Assembly (NCBI GenBank): GCA_951406725.2
Contig: OX597828.1
Span: forward strand, 51,584,001-51,648,000
Direction: 5' to 3'
Length of the DNA stretch: 64,000 nt
Origin: Octopus vulgaris
Lineage: Eukaryota
The notes below the pieces were generated by a model. It had not been told where the DNA came from. It searched no databases and saw only the letters and a program-made list of their open reading frames with translations. The translations under genes were made by a program, and so were the position numbers. The number at the start of each line of letters is the position of its first letter. The first letter of the stretch is position 1. Positions 1 to 13,914 of this stretch are shown one piece after another.

Positions 1-22
1 CGGAAACTGACAGAAGCCTGTC

Positions 23-72
<50 letters not shown>

Positions 73-231
73 GCTCCATTCTAACAAAAACTGTCTGATG
101 AACGGCAACGAGAAACTCAGAGTAACAGATATTGTTGAATTTTCTGCTGCTTTAAATAAAGCTTGTTACTCTACCACTGGTATTTGAGTACTCTTTTTTT
201 CCACCTTGTTTCACATTTATGTGTTTACTCC

Positions 232-288
<57 letters not shown>

Positions 289-520
289 TTGTATATATCT
301 TTGTGTGTGGGTCTTTGTATTGTGTCTGCGCCCCCCCTCACCACTTGGCAACCGGTGTTGGTGCGTCTGTGTCCAGTAACTTAGCGGTTCGTCAAAAGAG
401 ACCGATAGTAGTACTAGATATAAAAAAATTAACTTTGGAGTCGGTTGTTCGACTAAAATGCTCCAAGATAGTGTCCTAGCATGGACGGAATCAAATGAGT
501 GAAACATGTAAAAGAATAAA
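1..520 (+). mobile_element. SINE family A, 3' part, interrupted in its (TA)n by a hammerhead cassette (71-233)
   Basis: Matches other A copies on both sides of the insert (cggaaactga..gaagcc..tcg; gtaacttagcggttcg..gagaccgatag; tcaaatga.tgaaac). Confidence 0.85.
91..128 (+). ncRNA. Minimal type-I hammerhead ribozyme-like motif
   Basis: ctgt-CTGATGA-a cg gcaa cg a-GAAAC-tcaga-GTA-acag: stem I ctgt/acag, weak GNRA-capped stem II, near-palindromic stem III. Confidence 0.65.
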
Positions 521-1368
521 ACAATACCCTCAGTACCTGTCGCTCGAGCATTTTTGCTTTACATGAAACATGGCTGGTTTGGAAGGCTGATTTATTTCAA
601 AACGTGCATCTATCTTCGTTGAACAAGTAATCTTGGAATTAATCCATAATTGTTATCTTTGATAACAAGCCTTCGTCAGATAAAACATAGTCAGTTAGTG
701 GAGTCATTAAATAAAAAATCTCAGGTGATAATTGGGTAAACATCAAAAGTTATCTTTAACATTTACGAACACTCTCTAATAACCGTTTCCTTTTCACTTT
801 ATCAGGATGCCAGATAAAGTCCCTAAACTTCGCTATCTATCACGGTTGGTTATACTGGCTCCAATGATGTTCTATCTAAACATTTACAAGCTGCCATTCT
901 AAAACAAGTGGGCAACGAAAGATTTTCGAAACATTGACGCTCTATGGCGGAGTTCTTCCGACACGACAAGTGGTTAGTGTTGTGACTAAGGTTGAGAGAC
1001 ATAATAAAAACCACTAGATGATAAAAGTACCTCAACTGTGCATCAGTTAGATGTTATAGGTAACTGAGCATTTCAGGGGAGAAGAAAATGCTTTAGATAC
1101 GATAGAATAGACATCAAGGTTAGTCAGTGATTTGTGGGGCAAACATTTTGCTACAGTGGTAAATGAATTTAACAAACAGGAGAAATTAACGTCAAATAAA
1201 AGCATTCATGAATGCTTGAAGGTTTAGTATTGGCAGCACGGCAGTTGTAGGCGACCTACCCTACTGTATGCTTTAACTGAGCTCTATACGGTGGCAGTCA
1301 TGGTTCAGAACGAACGTATTGTCTGGTTATTCTTTGGGTACTACTTTAAATATATTGTGTCTCAAGAG

Positions 1369-1598
1369 GGCGGCGAGCTGGCAGACACGTTAGCGTACCG
1401 GTCGAAATGCTGAGTAGTATTTCGTCTGTCGTTACGTTCTGAGTTCAAATTCCGCCGAGGTCGACTTTGCTTTTTATCCTTTCGGGGTCGATAAATTAAG
1501 CACCAGTTATGAACTGGGGTCGATGTAATCGACTTAATACCTTTGTCTGTCCTTGTTTGTCCCCTCTATGTTTAGCCCCTCGAGGGTAATAAAGAAAT
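1369..1598 (+). mobile_element. SINE family B monomer (tRNA-like head, conserved gcctttcatcctttcggggtcgataaa domain)
   Basis: A-box-like tggcagacacgttag and B-box gagttcaaattcc; flanking direct repeat atatattgtgtc at 1350-1361 and 1599-1610 (probable TSD). Confidence 0.9.
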
Positions 1599-1881
1599 AT
1601 ATATTGTGTCACCAGTAAGGATTCTTGAACATGGTGAGACATAACATTTGAAACGATGCTGGATGTTTGAATAATTGCTTTATGAGGGACAGAATGGATT
1701 TCACGTTTAAAATCATAACCCGTAAACATTTGTAAACTGAAAGTGATTATGGCAAAAATGACTGGAATTTTTAATGAATCGAAGACCAAGAATGATTCTA
1801 TTCCATTGGAAAGAGCAGTGATCAAGAACTATGGCCAAGATTTTCAGGAGTAAAAGCACCTGATTAACGATTTCGTTTCGT

Positions 1882-2043
1882 TTGGCTGTGTGGTAAGAAG
1901 CTTGCTAATCAACCACATGGTTCCGGGTTCAGTCCCACTGCGTGGCATCTTGGGCAAGTGTCTTCTGCTATAGCCCCGGGCCGACCAGTGCCTTATGAGT
2001 GGATTTGGTAGACGGAAACTGAAAGAAGCCTGTCGTATATATG

Positions 2044-2074
<31 letters not shown>

Positions 2075-2290
2075 TTGTGTGTCTGTGTTCGTCACCCTAG
2101 CATTGCTTGACAACCGATGCTGGTGTGTTTACGTCCCCGTCACTTAGCGGTTCGGCAAAAGAGACCGATAGAATAAGTAATGGGCTTACAAAGAATAAGT
2201 CTCGGGGTCGATTTGCTCGACTAAAGGCGGTGCTCCAGCATGGCCGCAGTCAAATGACTGAAACAAGTAAAAGAGTAAAAGAGTAAGAGT
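1882..2290 (+). mobile_element. SINE family A (tRNA-derived head, CORE-like cttgggcaagt, internal TA/TG microsatellite, (gtaaaaga)n tail)
   Basis: A-box tggctgtgtggtaag and B-box-like gggttcagtccc; nearly identical to 59697-60116. Confidence 0.92.
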
Positions 2291-2589
2291 ATCTATGAAC
2301 ATTGACGCTGCAAGTGAGGATATATGTTGAAAGGAGATTTTTGATAAGCTCTCATGAAGCAGTGGACACTATTGATATACTTGCAATGGAGAGAATGTTC
2401 CCTAATATAGAGTACTGCCACGGGGAGAAAATGAAATAGGGAGATATAGAACGCAAATAGCTATTGAATGGTACGGAGAGAGACAGATAGTAAGATTGAG
2501 AGTATCATTGAAAACATAAAAAAATGTTTGAGGATAGAATTAACAAAAACAAAAGAAAACAAGTGCAGAACATGAAAGAGAAAAAAAAT

Positions 2590-2653
<64 letters not shown>

Positions 2654-2665
2654 ATATATATATAT

Positions 2666-2837
2666 AACTGAGAAGCCTACTACAGATCTCTAGCTCCAGG
2701 CTCAGCTGTGAACTTGGAACATAACAAACTACCATTTATAGCACATACACAACGCACTTATTCGTTTAGATCACCAATGAACTACACCCCATATATATAT
2801 GGGGTTTAGCTAGAAATCTGTAGTAGGCTTCTCAGTT
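2666..2837. repeat. 172-bp insert in (TA)n with 30-bp terminal inverted repeats
   Basis: aactgagaagcctactacagatctctagct / agctagaaatctgtagtaggcttctcagtt, one mismatch. Confidence 0.85.
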
Positions 2838-2877
2838 ATATATATATATATACGTATATGTAATGTATATGTATATG

Positions 2878-2912
<35 letters not shown>

Positions 2913-2936
2913 CATATACATATACATTACATATAC

Positions 2937-2980
<44 letters not shown>

Positions 2981-3095
2981 TTATATATAAATATATACAT
3001 ACATATATGTATATATATACATATATACAGAGAGAGAGTACAGAAAGAAAGAAAGAAAGAAGGAAAGTAGTAAGAAAGAAAGAAAGAAAGGAAGG

Positions 3096-3151
<56 letters not shown>

Positions 3152-4266
3152 AATTATTAAAAATGAGAGAAGCTAAGTTTGAATTGAGACAGAGGGCAAG
3201 TCAGCTTTTCACCCATTAAGAATTTCAGGCATACACAATATATTTCGATGTATAAAACCGAAATGTTATGGTTGGATCAAACACTCCTAGACACTGAGAA
3301 ATAAATCTTTTCCAGCTATTGCTTTCACACTTTGACTTTTTATCTTCCCTGTAATCTCTGTCATTAGATGTTGGTATTGTTTTTTCCCGCAATTCCTTGT
3401 CTCGGTTTTCCATCTTCTTGTTTCTATTCTTTGATTGCAATGTTCTGCACAATCCATTTTTTAGCCACTTCCTTATTCATAACTGTTTCTGTTCTTCATC
3501 TAGCAACATCCAAATGTTTTTAATTTTCATTTCTGTTCATTTATTTTTGTGTTGTAACTTTTGTTCGTGCGCGCTTGTGTATGTGTGTGTGTGCATGTGT
3601 GTGTTTATGTGTGTGAAGGTTAGTTGGGGTTTATGTGAAGCTTGTTTCTCCATTCCCCTATTTTTTTCATTCTTCAATAATCTTTATCATTAACAATTTT
3701 TTCCTCTCCCATTAAATCACTTCGTTCTGTTATTTTACCTTGTTTTCTTCTTCTTACTCCAGTTGTTTTACGTCTACAAATGGTAATTTCAGTTTCAGGA
3801 ATAATGGATTTCATCCTATAAACAGCATCATGAGACATATCGGTAGCACCAAAACGACGCGTAGAGGCATCATAATCCTAATCTCTGCCTTCAGCACTAC
3901 CGAAGCCATCATTGTTATCACCACCATTAACACGAACAGCACCAACAACAACAACTAAGAGATTACCACCAACAATTACAACCATAGGACGTGTCATCGC
4001 CGCCAACACCATCTTCATCACTACCACCACCTCCTCCATCACCACTAACACTACCGCCACTACTACTACTACTACTACTACTATTGTTGCTGCTGGTGTT
4101 ACTACTGCTGCTACTGCTGTTGCTGCTGCTTCCCGTCCTTCACTCCCTCCTCCTCTATTTACACCTCCTCTACTTACACCTTCTTCTCCTCCTACTCCTC
4201 CTGGTCTTTATTATCATCCTCATCGTCAACACAACCAAATTATGACTATACATTTCACTGACCGCA

Positions 4267-4336
<70 letters not shown>

Positions 4337-5199
4337 TGCTTCTTGAACGAAATTACTTATTTCAGAAATCATTTGGTTTTTGAAGCCAACAAATTTCGGC
4401 AACGCATCCTCTGTAATGCATTTCTATATCTGAAGAAGCTCTTTTCCAAGTAGCAGCAGTAGAGTGTATTGGAAATTGTGTTTCACGCGGGATAAATTCT
4501 TAGTATTAAATGTGAAACGCAAGCAATTATTTCCGGTCGAAATCGTACACTGTAGAGTGACTTGAGCTTACATTTGTATTATGTTATTTAGTGTGTATGT
4601 GGATGTAAACATATTATCAGATCCTACGTTGGCATTTAGAATATGCAAAGAATCCTCATCCGAATTTCTATTTTACGTAATTACGTTATTTGATTAAAGT
4701 AATTTCGTACTAGTAGTACGCTTAGGTTACTACAGTACTTAACATCTGTTCGTGACAACATCAGGAAACAGCATTTAACGTAAAAATACATTTAACATAC
4801 AAATCGAAAATCATCTACACACCAACATAAATATTTCTGTAAGAAAATCGATCAAAAACAAAGAATATAAAAGATAAACATGTATCTAAAACACTTGCTT
4901 AAGGCAAATGTTTTATTTGGGAAGCCACGCAGTTTTATAAAAGATCGCAAAATAATTATTGAACTACTCAGCATAGAAATAAGTATTGAAAGAAATTTAC
5001 GTTATTTGAGAAGCTAAGATTCAAGTACAACTTTAATTTAAGGAAGAAATACAAATGATTAGCAAAGATTAGGTTTAGTCATTTAGAATTATTTCCAGTT
5101 ATTTCATATATACGAATCTGATCCTTCATTAACCAACTCAAAGTCGGTTATATAATTGCATTGGTCAAGGTGACTATTGAAGTTTCAACGGCTGAAAAA

Positions 5200-6184
5200 T
5201 ACCCATTTCTTTACTACCCACAAGGGGCTAAACACAGAAGGGACAAACAAGGACAGACAAACGGATTAAGTCGATTATATCGACCCCGGTGCGTAACTGG
5301 TACTTATTTAATCGACCCAGAAAGGATGAAAGGCAAAGTCGACCTCGGCGGAATTTGAACTCAGACGAAATACCGCTAAGCATTTCGCCCAGCATACTAA
5401 TGTTTCGTTTCTACTCTAGGCACAAGGCCCGAAATTTGGGAGGAAGGGGCCAGTCGATTAGATCGACCCGGCTACCCAACTGGTATTAATTTATCGACAT
5501 CGAAAAGATGAAAGGCAAAGACTACCTCGGCGGCATTTGAACTCAGAACGTAACAGCAGACGAAATACCTATTTTTTTACTACCCACAAGGGACTACGCA
5601 CAGCGTGGACAAACATGGACAGGCAAACGGATTAAGTCGATTATATCGATCCCAGTGCGTAACTGGTACTTATTTAATCGACCCCGAAAGGATGAAAGGC
5701 AAAGTCAACCTCGGCGGAATTTGAACTGAGAACGTAGCGGCAGACGAAATACCGCTAAGCATTTTGCCCGGTGTGCTAAAGTTTCTTTTTTTCTTTATTG
5801 CCCATAAGGGGCTAAACATGAGGGTGACAAACAATGACAGACAAAGGAGTTAAGTCGATTACATAGACCCAGTGCGTAACTGGTACTTAATTTATCGACC
5901 CCGAAAGGATGAAAGGCAAAGTCGACCTCGGTGGAATTTGAAGTCAGAACGTATTTCTTTACTACCCACAAGTGGCTAAACACACAGAGAACAAACAAGG
6001 ACAGACAAATGGATTAAGTCGATTATATCGACCCCAGTGCGTAACTAGTACTTAATTTATCGACCCCGAAAGGATGAAGGGCAAAGTTTGACCTCGACGG
6101 AATTTGACCTCAGAACGTAACGGCAGACGAAATACGGCCACGCATTTCGCCCGGCGTGCTAACGTTTCTGCCAGCTCGCCGCCT
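5200..6184 (-). mobile_element. SINE family B head-to-tail array (about 5 partial units, one complete head)
   Basis: cgaaaggatgaaaggcaaagtcgacctcggcggaatttgaac-like block recurs five times. Confidence 0.92.
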
Positions 6185-6636
6185 TAGCATATTACGAAAG
6201 TAATGCGATACTTCTTTTACGAACACGAAAGTATGCACGTGCTAAATAATTAGTAGCTTTAGGTCTGGACAATGACGCATTTTAAAGTTTCATACGTAAT
6301 ATTTAGCTGACACAGGCGTCAAAGCAAGCGACATGGTATACAAAAGTCTAATGAAAATAATGTATAATTGCATGTGGATTATATTACTTTAAATCAATAT
6401 ATCTTTCGATATTTTTGCATATTACTGAAAGAAATAACCAAATACACACATATTGTTTTAGAGAAGTCATTACACAAGCTATGATCTCCTTTGACAGGCC
6501 CCTAGTATTTAAAATAATATTAACACTGTAGTCGTTGTTACTCTCGTTTGAGATTTCTACAGCATCTACAGTTGTTCTGACTTCGAAATAATGTCTGTAT
6601 TTAGAAAGAATTTTTTTCTCCTGTTATAGTATAATT

Positions 6637-7020
6637 GGCGTAGGAGTGGCTATGTGGTAAGTAGCTTCTTTACCAACTACATGGTTCTAGGTCAGTTCCA
6701 CTGGGCAAGTGTCTTCTGCTATAGCATCGGGCCGAACAAAGACTTGTGAGTGGATTTGATAGACGGAAACTGAAAGAAGCCCGTCGTATATAAATATATC
6801 TATATATGTATGTGTATATGATTGTGTGTCTGTGTTCGTCCTACCACCAATCATTGCTTGACGACCGGTGTTGGTGCGTTTACGTCCCCGTAGCTTAGTG
6901 ATTCGGCAAAATCGACCGATAGAATAAGTACTAGGCCTACAAAGAATAAGTTCTAGAATAGATTTCTTCAACTAAAGGCGGTACTCTAGCATGACCGCAA
7001 TCAAATGACTGAAACGAATA
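6637..7020 (+). mobile_element. SINE family A
   Basis: Collinear, diverged copy of 1882-2290. Confidence 0.9.
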
Positions 7021-7109
7021 AAAAAAATGATACAAGGTCGCCAAGAGCTGTGTCCAGCGATTATGAATCTCTGCATTTAGTATAATTTTTTTAGCTGTAA
7101 ATTGTCTTA

Positions 7110-7461
7110 TATTCTTCTCTACTCTGGGCGCAAAAATTTCAGTGCTTCTTAATTTATTGATCCCGAAAGGATGAAAGGCAAAGTCGACCTCGGCAGAATT
7201 TGAACTCAGAACGAAGCGGCAGAAGAAATACCTATTTCTTTACTACCCACAAGGGGCTAAACACAGAGGGGACAAACAAGGACAGACAAACGGATTAAGT
7301 CGATTATATCGACCCCAGTGCGTAACAAGTACTTAATTTATCGACCCCGAAAGAATGAAAGGCAAAGTCGACCTCGGCGGAATTTGAACTCAGAACGTAA
7401 CGGCAGACGAAATACTGCTAAGCATCTCGCCCGGCGGGCTAACGGTTCTGCCAGCTCGCCG
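7110..7461 (-). mobile_element. SINE family B dimer
   Basis: Two units joined at gaaatac|ctatttctttactacc. Confidence 0.9.
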
Positions 7462-7914
7462 CGTTTCTATTCTCTTATATTAGAAAGTGTGTGGTAGACG
7501 ACATTCATGTACTGTATTGATGGAACATTGGTGAGAGTGAAATGACTCGGATCATTGGTCACAGTGCTGCTGAGGGAACAGGTTCTCGCTTCATGTTTAT
7601 GGGGTAAGATGGCTGATATATTTGTACAGAAGACTCGAGGGATGCACACTAATGATGAATAGCTCTCTGTGGAGGAGATTGTAAATATATATTGTGAATG
7701 TAAATGAGGTTACGTAAATGAGCCACATCGAAATCTCTGAGTTAGAAAATACTTCGTGTGTGTGATCAGCGGGGATATCATGATAATCGCACCACCAACA
7801 TCACCACCGACCACCACCATCACCCCCACCATAACCATCACCACCACCACCACCACCACCACCACCACCACTACCAACGCCACCACCACCACCACCAACA
7901 CCACCACCGCCGCC

Positions 7915-7950
<36 letters not shown>

Positions 7951-8064
7951 GGCCTGCTCGCTTCGCCAGTGGGGTGGCGTCATTCGAAGGCTAAAACAAT
8001 GCGAATGCATTGTGACCAGCGATGTGTAACAACATCTGATGGTCTGGTCGGTCACGTGATCAGT

Positions 8065-8071
<7 letters not shown>
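7951..8071 (+). mobile_element. Solo 3' tail module within (TA)n, same as the tail of 15537-15833
   Basis: Near identical to 15719-15833. Confidence 0.85.
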
Positions 8072-8110
<39 letters not shown>

Positions 8111-8320
8111 CTCAGTATATGTGTACATACTTATGTAAGAGTGAATGTTTACGAAAGCTTTCACACACGCTGTATTGTTGAAAGATTGAATTGTTTCTCG
8201 TTTCGTTTCTAGAGATATCTAAATGAAACAAAAATAATCCTCAAGGAACATTAGTCCGTGAACGTTCGCGTTGAAATGTATTCAGAATAGTTATCATATT
8301 TGTGTTTCCTTTAAAAACTT

Positions 8321-8597
8321 GGGCCCGGTTTTCCGGTTTCTGTGGCGTATTTGTCCCCCCCCCCCAGCTGGACGGGACACCAGTCCATCGCAGCGTTACT
8401 CAAGAAACAGGAATTGCGTGTGAGAGAAAGTTGTGGCGAAAGAGTACTACAGGGGCCACCAACACCCCCTGCCGGATCTCTGTGGAGCTTTTAGGTGTTT
8501 TCCCTCAATAAACACTCACAACGCTCGGTCTGGAAATCGAAACAGCGATCCTCCGACTACGAGTCTGCTGCCCTAACCACTGGGCCATTGCGCCTCC
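8321..8597 (-). mobile_element. SINE family C (tRNA head, V-domain-like ctgcgatggactgg..tcccgtccag)
   Basis: Reverse complement begins ggaggcgcaatggcccagtggttagggcagc (A-box) with a B-box-like gtttcgattt. Confidence 0.85.
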
Positions 8598-9336
8598 GCT
8601 GTTTCTTTTAAACCCCCCCCCACCTAAATCAGTTTTGTAATCGGCGCCTCTTCTTTTTCGATTGCTACGCAGTGATAAAGTTATCAATCTGCTGGATGTT
8701 AATATTCTATCGCGTTTCCACTTTGGTAGATTTTGAGAACAGCGATGCATATATCGTTAATGTAATCATGACTTGTCATTCTTACATACGATTATTTCAG
8801 ACATCTAAAACGCTTTAAGTAAAACGTATTTGTTACGGATGCAGCGACGTAAAGCTCACATGTTCTAACTCAATAATCGTTTGACCAGTAATGAAACTGT
8901 TTATTGATTTGACCACCTTCTTCTTACACATAAATGTAAAAACCTCTTGACCTAAACAGTTATCACTTTATAGATTTTTCATAACACTTCAAACGTTTAG
9001 TAAGTAAAAGATAATGGATCCAATCAAAACTGAAAAGATAACCCCGAAGGACTGAGTTTAATGGGGAGAAACAAAAAAACATGAAACAAGTTATCATGTG
9101 TACTTCTGTGTGTGAGTATGTGTGTGTAGGGGCAGGGGGCGATAGGAAATATCTAAGGGTTAGATTATCTTGTCACTTTAACATAACTGCAGGTTATTTG
9201 CCAAAATTGAACTGTTACGAGATTCAGTGCTCGGGAAATTGGATGAAGGAGAAACACGAATGTATTTAACAGAAAAGATGTTTCGACCGAAAGATTTGTT
9301 GTTTTCTGCCTTCTGGAAAAACCCAAGTATTCCCCC

Positions 9337-10042
<706 letters not shown>

Positions 10043-10059
10043 AGACAAAGAGAGTTAGA

Positions 10060-10378
10060 AAATGTGTACGGATTAAATTTGACAGTGAACAAATACAATA
10101 TTCCACCCAAAAAGATTATGTCTGGAATAGAACCGTTAAGATGCTTCCTCCGCGGCTTCAGGACGGCTCCGGAATCTGTAGCATGCGTTCCTCAATGTCT
10201 CCGGAAAGGTGTTTGAACACCCGCTTCACTTTGGTCACAAGCTTAGCCTTGCTGTTGGTGGCAGAGCGGTTGGTGTCTTTCTCAACATAAAGTAATTACC
10301 ATAGGATTAAAATCGGGAAAATTAGGAGGCCAGGAACTGGGGCTGGCGAAGTCAAAGAAATTTTTAAAAATATCACTT
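10060..10378 (-). mobile_element. Tc1/mariner (maT/DD37D-like) transposase C-terminal fragment
   Basis: Minus strand FFDFASPSSWPPNFPDFNPM then YVEKDTNRSATNSKAKLVTKVKRVF (WPPNSPDLNP motif and downstream helix). Confidence 0.7.
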
Positions 10379-10409
10379 CTGAGTCGTTCCGTGTGTTTGT
10401 GTGTGAGAG

Positions 10410-10748
10410 AGTGTACTCACTTGTTTTTTCAATGTATTTACACAAAAAGCAGAGTAAAAACAAGTACATTGTTTTTCTATATAGTCTCTTTCCTTCTCGA
10501 TACACTTGGTCCAGTGGTCTACGGGTTTACCTATTCCCTCAAAGAAGAAGGGTTTTGGTTGCTCGTGCAACGATTTAAGCACTGCTTCTTTCACGTCTTC
10601 TTCCGTAGGAAATCGACGTAATGCTAAACGAACTAGAACCACTATGTTCCAAGTGTATCCCTGACGGTACGTCCCAGAGCATATTCAAAATGTATTTGGA
10701 CATAAAACGTAAACTAGGTGCAATTTTATCTCATCGTACCCCTCACAT
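10410..10748 (-). mobile_element. Internally deleted mariner derivative (C-terminal remnant)
   Basis: ORF 10373..10642 contains RRFPTEEDVKEAVLKSLHEQPKPFFFEGIGKPVDHWTKCIEKERDYIEK, a mariner C-terminal signature. Confidence 0.8.
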
Positions 10749-10884
10749 ACCTTTCTAACCCCATATTTTATGTAATGCCCAACGCCTCCTGAGGCAAATT
10801 AATATAAAATTAATATAAAACATTATTATTATTATTGGTGATACTGGTGGCACTGGTGCTTGTAGTTATAGTAGTAGTAGCAGT

Positions 10885-10967
<83 letters not shown>

Positions 10968-11704
10968 CAGCAGCAGTAGCATTAGTAATGGTAATAATAG
11001 TTGTAAATAATTCTTTTTTTTTGGGGGGGATTTTTTTGTAATTGAAATTGAAACCTAATTTTGTTGGCAATACCTGAATGAAGCGACGCTAATTAAATAA
11101 TTGTTACTTTTCTGTATTCAGAACTTCCGACAATATTTGTTTTTCTTCAACAACATCTCCAGTCCAACCTGCACCAGCATCACTACGAGTGGTGAGAGAC
11201 AAAGCAACAACAGTTTTACCAAGACGACTACGACGGCGGCGACAACCACCACCACCACCACCATCACAACCAACCCAACAGCATTAGCCCTCTCTTAAAC
11301 ATCAGCCATAATGTTATCTATGAACAATCTGCAATTCATTTCTCTTCTGTTTGTTACGTAATAAATTTCGCATATTTTAATTATGTTTTATTTCCTCTTT
11401 AATTTATTTAGAGATTTCGCTATTCGTTTTCGTTTTATTGTGACTAGCAGCAAGCGAGAAAATGGTCGGCAGCAATCCTGAAACAAATCTTATTGCTTTT
11501 ATCATATCGGAATATCATTGCGCAGTTTTGTTGTTTAAAGTTGTTCTTTCTTATTGATAGTAGCTATTCGATGGCCTGATATCGATTGAATGTTTTGCTT
11601 GCTTTTCTGTCAGGGTTACATTCCTGAAGAGTCAATATCGAAATAGACAATAAAGTAATACACGTACGCAAACACACACACACACACGCACACGCACGTG
11701 TATT

Positions 11705-11741
<37 letters not shown>

Positions 11742-11894
11742 CAAGATGTATTATACATAAAGTGTGTGTTTATGTGGCTGTGTGTGTCTATGAGTGTGTG
11801 CGTGCGGGTATGTGATGGTACATATGTGTGTTTGTGTGTGTATATATATCTATATATCTATATCTATCAATCTATCTATCTATCTATCTTTATC

Positions 11895-11975
<81 letters not shown>

Positions 11976-12054
11976 GTATATACTAATACGTATACACCGA
12001 TATATCTATTTCTATAGTTATCTACCTGTTTTATGTATGTATATATGCATATAC

Positions 12055-12140
<86 letters not shown>

Positions 12141-12250
12141 ATGCATGCGTATGCGTGAGTGTATATATACATATATGCATATATATATATATATATATGT
12201 CTTTATATACATATGTATATATATACTTACACACAGACACAAACACACAT

Positions 12251-12309
<59 letters not shown>

Positions 12310-13568
12310 GAGTTAATAATCGATAATACTCAAAAGCAAAGAATAATTCATTAATAATGTACAATTTGAAAACGAAAAATCAATAAATGTATTCTTGTGC
12401 CTTTAACCTCAAGGAATTCTGTAGCTCTTCCAGAAATGATTTAAGTGTGAAAATGAAAATAAACCAACGAATAAAAACAAGTCCAAAATATAACGCTTTT
12501 AATCTTATTTCCTGATGTATTCAGGATTTTAATTTTTAGTTTTCATCTACAAAGATACAACTACACTTCAGCAATTTTGTTTCCATATCATGAACATTTG
12601 ACTTCATAAACCAGACGAAAATTTATTTATAAATTGCCTCTTTATTAGTTTAGAGTTAGTTAGAACATGTTCATTTATGTTCTTTGATACTTTATGGACT
12701 TACTGATTCAGCCATAGACTAGACATGCTGCTACTAAAATTAAGATATGTTGCCTGAATTCTAACAAAAATATTTGAATATGTTGTTTGCCTTCATTGTG
12801 TCAACACATATTTTTTTTAGCTATGTGTATGTCGAATGCATTAAAGATGTGTAAATAATACATTAGCCGATTATTTTGTTATTATACAAATATGGATTTT
12901 ATGAAGTAGTGAATTTACTAAGATTTACGAATTGTTGAAGACTTGTCCTTTGGATTTACTCGGAACCATTTCTTAACGTCAACATTTGCATTTTCTCTTG
13001 AGCTTATAGGCCAAATAGACCGCTGCGAGTCCCAACTTTCGTGGATTTTAAGTTACTAACCATGAAAGGGAAGTCAGTCCGTTGCTGTATTAACCTCTCC
13101 CCAACACCTGTAGCTCGTACTTATTTTCAGGTATAACATCCTGGATTAACATGACCTAAATTAATGTTCTGAAGGACATAATCCAACTCCAGATCTGAGA
13201 TTCGTGCATGAGCTTTCCTGAGCTTTTCCCAAAGCTCTAAACACTAAGTCTAAATCACATAATTCTAAAGCTTCAGCGTGTTACATGAAATATGATGTAA
13301 ATACGTAATTGTTAAAAGAGTTTACCTTTGTATTTTATATGTTGTACAAATAGAGTACGGCCAGCCGTCACTCACGGACGTTTATATCTTGGAAATATAT
13401 AACATGCTTTCACTAATCATTTTGTATATATACAAAAAACACAATCATTCATACACACGCACATCCATGCATATGTAATTTTCAACGTATATGCTATGAC
13501 TTAAAAGTGAAAATACGATATTTACGTTTCGGTTTCGTATGTTTGTGTGTGTATGTGAGTGTAGATGC

Positions 13569-13623
<55 letters not shown>

Positions 13624-13914
13624 TATATGTGTATGTGTGTGTGTGTATGTGTGTGTGTGTGTGTGTGCGTGTGTGTGTGTTTGTTATGTGTGCACTTTTT
13701 TTGCTTGTGTGCAGGTGTGTATGCGCATGGCAAATATTCCAGTGGAATTAGTCGAAATTTTAATTCTTTTTTTCTCTTTGTTTCACGACTACGTGGAGGT
13801 TTCTCTGTCGCCTCTAAAACTCGAGTCATGAAGACGATGAAAGATTAGGTGTACGTGATTAAATTAGATTAAATGTGGAATGAGAAAATCATAGACAAGA
13901 AATAGCGTAGAAAA

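Noticed and set aside
570-685. Additional degenerate hammerhead-like traces (also ~11623, ~31495, ~59050, ~62632)
   Set aside because: Each lacks one core half or stem I, so they are too degraded to call.
540-1870. Complex sequence resembling decayed coding DNA
   Set aside because: No recognisable motif in the frames examined; cannot be assigned without a search.
1844-2113. Recurrent 'RASFSFRLPNPLTRLWSARG' ORF family
   Set aside because: Antisense reading of SINE A; it recurs only because the SINE does.
5200-6184. CRISPR-like repeat array
   Set aside because: Units are long SINE segments without unique spacers, the context is eukaryotic, and there are no cas genes.
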